Below, in pieces: positions 54,801 through 64,000 of a stretch of 64,000 nt of DNA. A program made the position numbers and the translations under genes. This stretch comes from Antedon mediterranea. Its lineage: Eukaryota; Animalia; Echinodermata. The notes under the pieces were generated by a model. That model saw nothing but the letters and a program-made list of their open reading frames with translations. It was not told the DNA's origin and made no database searches. The stretch is from positions 37,064,388-37,128,387 of the forward strand of contig NC_092670.1 of the NCBI RefSeq assembly GCF_964355755.1, in the 5' to 3' direction. Numbering within the stretch: position 1 is the first letter of the stretch; each line of letters opens with the position of its first letter.

Positions 54801-57016
54801 TAGTTGGTCTGTTGGTAGTTGTTGTTGTTGCGGTAGTTGTAGTTGGTCTGTTGGTAGTTGTCGTTTCGACAGTTGTAATTGGTCTGTTGGTAGTTGTTGT
54901 TTCGACAGTTGTAGTTGGTCTGTTGGTAGTTGTTGTTTCGACAGTTGTAGCTGGTCTTTCGGTAGTTGTTGTTTCGACAGTTGTAGCTGGTCTTTCGGTA
55001 GTTGTTGTTTCGGTAGTTGTAGTTTGTCGTTCAGTAAATGTATTAGCATCAGTTGTTATAGTTTGTGGTGTTGTTTCTCCTAAAATAATAATGGAAAGAA
55101 AACAGAAACATTGTTATATACAAAATCAGTTTAATTCAAACTTACTAAAAATGCAATCAATGCTAGTATGCATCTGATGGTATCTAGCGCGTTGTTTAAA
55201 TATTATTGTTGTCGAATCACCTTCTACGATTACTATACTTTCTGGATCTACGTCAGACAAAAATGAAGTTTCCCCTTCTTCGGCCTCGTTTTGAAGAATC
55301 TCTCTGACGTCACCTTCGGAAAATGTTGTCCCGTCTTCAGCAACAGAAAGTTGGGCACGGAAGTGTAAAATGTAATCAACTATAATACTTCCTTGACTAA
55401 AAAAAAATGGAACTAAATAGTTAATATACAAGAAAGCTAATAAAATAAGAAAGCTTTAAAGATATTTTATTTGTTTTTATTTCCCGGTAACTGAGATGGG
55501 TATTACTACACCAACTGCTTTCAATGTGGTGTATATTTTAGCTGACGCTTTTTAAGTAATAACGTCGTTAGAACTCACCTAAATGCAATCACTTCTGACC
55601 CTATGTAGTTGCTAGATAACGAACTATCCGAGTATAAATTATCAAGCTGCAAAGATAGTTGTAAAGTTTTAAAAGAACCCATTGAAACATACAAAAGATG
55701 GCTCGGATTATTCATATGACATTTGACCTCAAAAGAAATTTTTGTGGTTGTGTGAACGAACTTTTGTAAGTTTACAAGTGTTTTCATTTGTTCGATAGGT
55801 AGGCCTACTCTCAAATTTTGCAGTTTATCGGGTTCTTAATAAGTAAGATTCTTCATCTAAATTTGATTATATAAAATCTTACAGATTGAGTGACGTCATT
55901 TGATAGCTGTTGGTATTCGCTTGAGGATCTATCGTTGAGGGCGGTATCGAATTCTAACTGAGGAAATGTAAAAGATCCAGAAAAGACTTGAAGATCTAAA
56001 AAAATAACCGTTACAATGTTGAAAACCAAGTATCGTCAATAACGGTTCCATGAAAGACATAATATAGTTATGACTCTTCGTTGTATATTTATGTTATTGT
56101 ACTTATAAAGTGAATACAGTAGAGTTTTGGCTTTGTGGTTATGATGCTGAGCTACCGTACCACTCCAAGGGTCCTACGTTCAAGTCCCGTCACATGTCAG
56201 TATTTTTTCTAAGGACAAAATTACAAATCCACTCCCAAAGACTTATAATAAGACTTTGTTTATGGGGAGCATCTTGTGTATATGTTTGTCTTGTGAACCT
56301 ATAAGGGTCCCTAATGATCAGCAATTGCTGGATGGATCACCCGCATTAAATATGGTAAAAAAAAAAATTAATAAATATAATATATAGGTAGAGGCAAATA
56401 TCGATTTATTTTTACATCCATTCGGTAGGCCCTATAATAATTAACGGTACGTACCTTGAGAATCTGCTGTTTCCTGCTCCTGATCATTATTTATCTCTGT
56501 CACTGTAACGTCAATAAAATAAATATAAATAAAATAAACATATATTGTGATTGGACGATTCATGTCATGTCGTGTCATTTCGTGTATTGTTTGGCATAGG
56601 CCTACTTACAACTTTCTAAATCTATAGAAAAAGCAGATAAGAAATATTAATCGATAAAAGTACATGTACTACTTCTTTGAATAATACTCACATATAAAGT
56701 AAATGATAGCGAAAATAATTGATGCCACCGCCATCCAAAATAAAATCAATAGTAAGATTTTAACAAGTGTGCAAGAATTTGATGATTGTTCTTTGTCTTT
56801 TCCTTTCCCATTCAAATTTGTTCTTTTGGAGTTTCTCTTAGTTCCGTCCACAACATACACACTAGTAGACGAGTTGGATGACATCGCTGCTAACTCAACG
56901 TGACCTGCAGAAGCAGGAACTTTTGACTTTCGTGTTTTCCCGCGTGGGGGTGATTCCCGGTACGGGAAAGGTCGTGGTGGATAGCCATGAGTATCCTGGC
57001 GTGTTCCTCCCGACAT
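51813..57016 (-). CDS. Type II transmembrane serine protease (TM, SEA, Thr-rich stalk, trypsin domain), 700 aa, catalytically intact
   Basis: Exons 57016-56692, 56621-56610, 56502-56455, 55995-55883, 55646-55579, 55396-55221, 55079-54465, 54182-54005, 53682-53423, 52827-52685, 51977-51813 (2103 nt). GSIIVD, R|IVGG, TAAHC, DLAL, DSCNGDSGGP. Confidence 0.9.
52018..52528 (-). mobile_element. tRNA-derived CORE-like SINE with L2-type tail, interrupted by MITE 52222-52438
   Basis: tRNA-like head, gtatcctt|aaacaagatact..ctctctccacccaggtgaataaatggg, cagcgcttaga..aggcgctatataaat + (TTA)n. Confidence 0.7.
54465..55030 (-). repeat. 33/36-bp coding repeat encoding Thr-rich mucin stalk ([11 protein letters not shown])
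   Basis: agttgttgtttcgacagttgtagttggtctgttggt-type units. Confidence 0.9.
56129..56365 (+). mobile_element. tRNA-derived SINE
   Basis: ggctttgtggttat A-box-like, gttcaagtcc B box, 3' stem tcagcaattgctgg and A-rich tail. Confidence 0.55.
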
Positions 57017-57874
57017 GCTACTTTTTTAAAGCTATAAAATAGTTAAGTAAAACGAAATGTAATTCTGTAAAAATGTGTAATTATCTCGATTTTGTGAGAC
57101 ACTTTGTAAGAAGTATTTTTGCAGAGAGAGATTTTACCTCAGCTTCTACTTATTATAATATTGGAGCTGGTTTTTTTTCTGTTAATGTTAAACTTTCATT
57201 CTCATTTTGTTACTTGTGTACATATGTTATGCAATTTATGGAAATATCTTTATACAATATAAAACATAGCCAAAAGTATCCGAAACTAAGTAACGCTAGA
57301 TGAAAGACACTTATACAAGTATTGCCAAGGAAAATAGAAAGTGTGCTCTTACCTTGGTACTGTAAGGATATTCGTTATACTTACACAAACTCGCTGCCAA
57401 AGCATCCCGGAGTAAGTAAGCAAATATCAGAACGAATGATTTTTAATCCGCTTCTAAGCACGTCCATTTTTGTATAATCATTATAACCGACACCTCTTTG
57501 ACCAATGGTTCAGCAAAAATCCTCAGTGGGCCTAATCTGCATTGTATCTAAGGGTTCAACTATCCATATGGTACAAAAATAATTATAACGATCGAGATAC
57601 CCAATCAAATATATTGAAATCAATTAATTGTATTATACATAGTGTTCTGTTATTTTGAAACATTCCTGTTAGTCAATACTGGGTCGATTACTTTCAATAG
57701 AAAAAGTCGATTTACATTGGATTTTTTTGTTTCTGTAAAAGATTAATCGGAAAATACAATACGTTAATTCTAAAAATATCGTATCATGATGGCTAAGGCA
57801 TAAAATATATTTGATTTTTGACTTTGCCTATAAATGGACCCACCACCGTGGTGTTACTAACCCGTTCCATTGTA

Positions 57875-58370
57875 TTACACGCGAGGACCAGGACATAAGC
57901 AATATAGACCTCTCAATATACCGAATATTTATATAGCTTATTGATGTCTTCAATGTCCTTTATTACATCGCGTGTAACAAGAGAGGATCAGGTATTATAA
58001 AAAGAAGCAGTGTACCATCCCGATAATGCATGCATATGTAGCTCTATATTTCATACTATCTTCCATCGCATGCAACACGCGAGGACTATCTGTGTTTTAA
58101 CAAGAACAGTGTAGACCTACTCGATATACTGCATGTATAGCTCTTATATTTAAAATATCATCTTCCATCGCATGTAACAAGCAAGGACCTGCAAGTATTA
58201 TAAAAATAAACCAACTCTATATACTATATGTAACTCATCTTTATACTATCTGCCATCGCGTGTAACATGCGAGGACCAGGTATTCTATGAGAAGCAGCGT
58301 AGACCTATTCGATGTAACACGTGAAAGATTAAGTATTATAAGAAGCAGTGTACGGTTCTGCACCAACTGG
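57875..58370. repeat. Degenerate ~90-bp tandem repeat between the two protease genes
   Basis: ccatcgcgtgtaacacgcgaggaccaggtattat-like units recur ~5 times. Confidence 0.65.
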
Positions 58371-58659
58371 ATATACTGCACATTATTATCTATTATCTAG
58401 GATTTTACTTGTTTGTTGACATTTCTTTGTAATAAATTTAGTAAAAATGTATACAACAAACACATTTACTTATTTATTTTACTTTTATTGCAAAGTTTAG
58501 CAATGAATGCAAAAGTACATAAAGCTTTAAACAAAATCCCCGTGTACGGTGTTTTTAGGAAGCATAAAATGTAGTCACTGTCCATTATTCGTACACATAT
58601 AGGCCTATTACGATCTGATCTGATCAAACATTTTCTTCAATATAAATAATGTTATTTTG

Positions 58660-61600
58660 TTAGAAACCATCATACTCTGTTGCATCGTTATCAGCTATTG
58701 CCACCATACTCATTGAAAACCCCCTTTCGGTCACGTGCTTATTAGTGTGAAACGTAATCGTCACGTGATTTCCGCTAGAAACTAAAGTTTTACTATCAAT
58801 ATCACCAGATAATACAATATTAGAAGAATCACTATCAAACAACGTCACGTGATCACAGCAAAATTGCGTCATCAAATCAGTTATGCGTAGCAGCACGCGG
58901 TAGTTTTCTGGTGCTAATACTGTCCAATCACAAGAGAAGTACAGGGGATAATTGGAGGGATAATTTGGAGATGATAATATTTGTTCAGTAATGTCAAGTT
59001 CGTAGACAGGTTTTCCACACTTCACTTCTAAAGTAAATTATAAAAAAATGTATTTTGGTAACCTTTAATTTCATACAGTATACTATAAACAATGGTACTC
59101 TTTCAAATTGTGCCATAACAGATGTTTTTGATTTTTTTTTTTTATGTTTTATAAAAGAAGCAAAACTTGATAACGTTTCTGGCTTGTATTAGAGTACTAG
59201 ATACTTCTAGTCTAGCTTGTATACAACTTTGAACGACTTCTGACCGTTACTCGATTGTTGATGTTAGAGAGAGTATGGTTCAGTTAGAGCATAAAAATAT
59301 TTATAGTTTTGCAAAGTGGTTTATCGGGTGCAATTGTTCTTGGCGTAATCTGTGTATCAGATAGAACATGCTAAAAAAACACCAAAGAAAATGTATACGT
59401 ACTTATAGTGTCGTATTGGTCCCAGTTTCTTGTAGCACTATGGACCCATTCCATATACAAAGACACGTTTGTGAATTTTAAGATCTGATCACTTATTTGT
59501 GAACATCTAGATCCGTTGCCTGCAATACCGACAATACCCCAATATCCATCTTCATCGCTACAAATCAACTGTGTTCCGTTGAGTTCCTGTAAAAACAGAT
59601 TGTTTTATAAGTATTGCCGATTATTTTTTTATGTGACATAGCTTCTATAGTCATTATAATATCTATACCTGACAAGTTGTATCAAGGCTTTCAGGAATTA
59701 CAATACATAAGTCAGTCGAATAGACATCTGAACATTCTTCGACGGAATCCGGATCAATTTCTACCAATAAAAACGAAAACTAATTCACAATAACGTGTCT
59801 TTCTATATTAGATAAAAATAGTGTAACAGTCAAGCCTGTGGCCACAGCGATGACGTCCTTTGAATCTATAAACTCTTGGCCATATCATTATAGAACAACA
59901 AAATATTAGAAAATTATGAAAAATGGTGGATATAACAGAAAAGAAATATTAACGTACAGATTCTAAGAACATAACATTGATTAAATTGAAGAAAATATAA
60001 GCAAAAAAAACCCCAAACAAACAAAATAGAATAACAATGGAATAGTTATTATTATTACATTTTTGTATTGATCTGTTGAAGATGAAATTAATAAACGCCA
60101 CAAAAGAGAAAACAAAATCTTGGCCATATCAGACTGACTACTGGAACCGAACAATTTCTAAACTATACAATGTACACATACCGGTACATTTTATGTAGAC
60201 CAGACACAGAAATAACAATTTAAACAAACAACGTACCTATTGAGTCATTCGAACCGACAATTAGACAACGTTCATATACTGTGTTAGGCGTCGGGTAGCA
60301 GATGTGTCTAACTTGTTCAGAAAATGATACGTTTTGCTCTAAACGAATTATGGCTAGATCATCGTTAAAGGTAGAGTTGGAGTCGGGATAAAAGGCGAAG
60401 TCATCAACTACAACTTCGATCCCATTCGTACTGCCATTTATTGTCGCTGTTAGAAATTTCTCAGACAATCTATTTCAGATAAAGGAATCAATATAATTAC
60501 ATTATTTAATGTTGTTCTGTATCGCTATTCTGTCGCTTTTTTTTCAATCCACACTCAACAGTGGGAAGCCATTTACAGAATGGAATATCCAAGCCATCAC
60601 ATTCTATTATCAATGTTATCATCACCTTGTCATCGTCAGAAAAATTTCAAATTTCAGTAAATTCTCGTCTTCATTTTCACTACCTAGTGTGAATGTACCT
60701 ACATATTTTCAAGACATTCGGAAGTTGTGAGTAGCCATCGTTTATCGGTAAGCACGGCCATGCACGTGTAGCTCGGTAAAACATCTTCATCAGCCCCCAA
60801 TGCAACTACCCATGGCCAGTGAAAGTCTGAACTATCTGTCATTGACGTCGCTCCACATTCTAACAAAATAACATTTACTGGTATTTAACTGTAAGGTTTA
60901 GGTTGATCTTCTTAATCATAGGCCTACATCTGTATCTAAAGTTTCTCTTTAAGGAGTTAATAACAGTGGAAGGTATTTGAGTACAAATAGATTTCTTTTT
61001 ATTAAGATAGAGTTGTACTATACCATGCAATGGCCCATATTCAACAGTGATGTTAAATCCCCTCTGACCAGTACCTTCAGGTGACACATATGATACCCAC
61101 AATGCATTGGAATCAGACACATATTTTCTCAATTCAACTCCTTGACCACTGTGCTCAAATATGACGTTGTCTGAATTTGATCGATTGAGTCCGTTACCGA
61201 TTTGAACCCAGTCCGTTGGAAAGATGACATCAAAATCGTGAATGGCTACTGTTATTTTTGTTTCATGCGGTGAAATTACTGACCATGCACAATGAAATGG
61301 TACGGCAAGACCATCCGGGTATCCGAGTGACGTAATACTTACTGGCTCATAAATTGTACTTAATATGACGTTACTCCCACAACCTATGTCTAATTAGAAA
61401 TATAGAATTGAAAATAAAAACACTCTTATTATTGTTGGCTACAGCAAATGTTTTTTACCGTAGCAATCTTATGATTTTAGGAACGGTGGAGGAACGGCAT
61501 TAAGCATAGGTATTAAGTATGCACTAAGTAAGTATATTATATAAAGCGTTGATGTTTAGCAATTCACAGAATGTATTAATCTGCTTTTCAGTAAAAGACG

Positions 61601-63751
61601 AATCAAAGTTGAATTTAAATGGGTACTTACTGTAATGGATATCCATACTGAATCCTCTAGAACCAACATTTCCCTTAAATTCAATCCAAATTACATTTTC
61701 CGATGACTTAAATAATCCTGCAGGAATTTGGTCACCACTATATTCAAATATTACACTTTGAAGAATAGAACTATTGCTACTGTCAGCTATACGTATGAAC
61801 TCTGTCTCGTTCAATGTACCAAAGTCGTTAAATTCAATATAAATTGTAGTATACTGTGGAGATGTTATCAACCAAGTACAATTGACGTTGTTGTTAAGAT
61901 CTGGGTAATTGTATGATCGAAGTTGAAAACTTGGATTTTCTGAATCCAATTTTATATTTAGGTTTCCACAGTAAGGATCTGTTTTAGGTGAAACAGATAC
62001 ATTGATTAATACTCTTTAAAAGCAAAATGGTTACTCAGCAGACTTGGTTTGAGATAAGAAAACTTAAATCGTTAATATTTTCCACAGAATTTTTTCTGTT
62101 AAGGATATTATAGTCTGGAAAAGAGATATGAAGCAAACGTACATCTTCTAGGATAAATCGTTTAGGATGGTTTTCCCTATAAAAAAAAACAATAAGACGT
62201 ACCCTACGTTTTTCTATAAACTATGGTTAACTTAACACACTATAATGTTAAAATTCATATTGATAAAACAGATCTTACCATATTCCTCTGCAGTTGCTGT
62301 TGGTTGCTGTATCGTCATTGATGTTGTTTCTTGCATAGGCGGCGGTGTATATGTTCCAATTACTAAAAAAGGTGTGTTACTTAATATCTTCGTAGTAAAT
62401 TACATAATTTTATAGGTAAAATTAAAACAATATAAAGTCTAAAAATCCAGGCATATGAGTGACTTGTGTTTATGAGCTTTCTTGAATATAGACATCTATT
62501 CTAAACTATTGCTTTGAAGTTAGAAAGTAAGTACCCACAGACATCCAGAAATTGTTTGTTTCTTTATTGAACATTTCTTTAAACAGTTAAAGAATAGTGT
62601 GGAAGAGTGCATTTCCAAACAGTGTAGGCCTACATTAAATCTAACCAAACCCGACAGATAGGCTATGCCATAGGCCTACATTAAATCTAACCAAACCTGA
62701 CAGATAGGCTATGCCATATGCCTACATTAAATCTAACCAAACCCGACAGATAGGCTATGCCATAGGCCTACATTAAATCTAACCAAACCCGACAGATAGG
62801 CTATGCCATAGGAGGCCTACATTAAATCTAACCAAACCCGACAGATATGCCATAGGCCTACCTTCAGAAATGACAACCGTATCCCTATCTCCACCACGTA
62901 GAAAGTCGTTATCAGTTGAACCAGTTCCTTCTATTGCATCAATCAGACTTGTCTTCAGTTCATTTTCAAAGTCTGTCCTATAGTTCTTGGGCGTATTGAA
63001 CGTCAAAATGAAGTTTGCTACGATGCTTCCACCACTAGAAATATGATTAATGAATTCACGCTCATGATTAAAGACTTGAATCAGTAAACACGCATTTCAT
63101 TGCAGCATGTGCATAAATGTAAACACAAACAATACTGTAATAAAAAAATGGTCATGCACACGCCCATATCAAATATAAATATACAATAAGACACAGATTT
63201 TTTAACTTTGTCATTTTGTATTTAGGCCCAATAAACATCATTTTGTAATTCGTTCGGAATCTGGATATTAAACAAATGTTTTTCTTAATTTTTATATTTT
63301 ACTATTTACAAAACTAGTAACATACCGAAATTCGGTGACAGACGATCCAACATATGTCACATTTTCAAGTGACATGTAAACTTCATCAAGCTATGGGGAA
63401 AATCGTGAAAAGATTACGTAACCTTATTAAATATAATGGAAAAGTTTAACTTGAAAGATATAACAATAAATATGATTATGATGATTATAACACAATTTTT
63501 ACGGAAATATTTACTGCGGTAGTATCAGTATAGAGTAACTAGTTTATAAAAAAATTTTTTTTTATGTTTTTTCTTCTTTTTTTTCAATATTTCAAAAGAG
63601 TAACTAAAATCAGATTTACTCACTGAGGCTTCAATATCGTTTGCTAACTCCCGGAATTCCTCTGAATTTGGATCATTAAAGACCTGTTGAAAATTTGCTA
63701 TAGATCCATTTATTGTCAGAAGTGAAAATGAACCGTCAAAGTTTCTAGAAA
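58660..63751 (-). CDS. SEA-CUB-CUB-inactive trypsin-CUB protein (serine protease homologue), 5' end not resolved in the window
   Basis: Exons 63751-63624, 63390-63326, 63034-62862, 62362-62279, 61978-61631, 61389-61024, 60859-60703, 60469-60237, 59760-59669, 59586-59403, 59027-58660 with consistent phases; GSIVAN, SYNYP, SLGYP, SPNYP, RGF motifs; WPW..LLTTSEC, DDLAII, TCQELNGTQLIC. Confidence 0.85.
62625..62861. repeat. 46-bp minisatellite, ~5 copies, abutting a splice donor
   Basis: taggcctacattaaatctaaccaaacccgacagataggctatgcca. Confidence 0.9.
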
Positions 63752-64000
63752 CTAATTAAAAATAACATTTGAATAATATTGATACGGCTGTAAGAGTTGG
63801 CCTACTTTCTTACTATTTCTTTTTATACGATACTGTTACTGTTGTACTTGTACTGTACTAGTATTCGTGGTGTGTTACTATATGAGATGAGTTTTATAAT
63901 TAATATATAGTTAGACATAAGTTAGTTACTGTTAATATTAGTAGAAGTTAATTTGTCAGTGTGACCTCTGATTTTGTGCTGTAACCTGTAAATAAATGGG

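Noticed and set aside
54454-55177. Cys-rich, Val-rich and Gln/Leu-rich ORFs
   Set aside because: Antisense or off-frame readings of the Thr-rich mucin exon; only the Thr frame fits the flanking splice phases
57017-58659. Single fused multi-protease gene across 51813-63751
   Set aside because: The upstream gene has a stop at 58660 and AATAAA signals; the downstream gene has its own ATG, cytoplasmic tail and TM helix
63790-63985. Further coding exon after the acceptor-like tttacag at ~63986
   Set aside because: Stops in all frames before a convincing in-phase donor; cannot be resolved at the window edge

Overview
AT-rich eukaryotic (metazoan invertebrate, plausibly a marine deuterostome such as an echinoderm; taxon is inference) genomic window with spliceosomal introns. 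I hand-spliced seven protein-coding genes with consistent intron phases: AK2 (-, with two alternative P-loop-encoding first exons), a CRAL-TRIO/alpha-tocopherol-transfer-like gene (+), an intronless histamine H3/H4-like GPCR (-), DUS3L (-), an unusual secreted Ly6/three-finger + mucin + PAN + FAMeT-domain gene (-), an active SEA-mucin-trypsin type II transmembrane protease (-), and a tandem SEA-CUB-CUB-dead trypsin-CUB pseudo-protease paralogue (-, 5' end outside the window). Non-coding DNA holds a higher-order satellite built of hairpins, several minisatellites, Harbinger- and Kolobok-type MITEs, a hairpin-ended repeat, LINE fragments, tRNA- and 5S-derived SINEs, and two Penelope-type minimal hammerhead ribozyme motifs. 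All calls are by eye, with no database searches.
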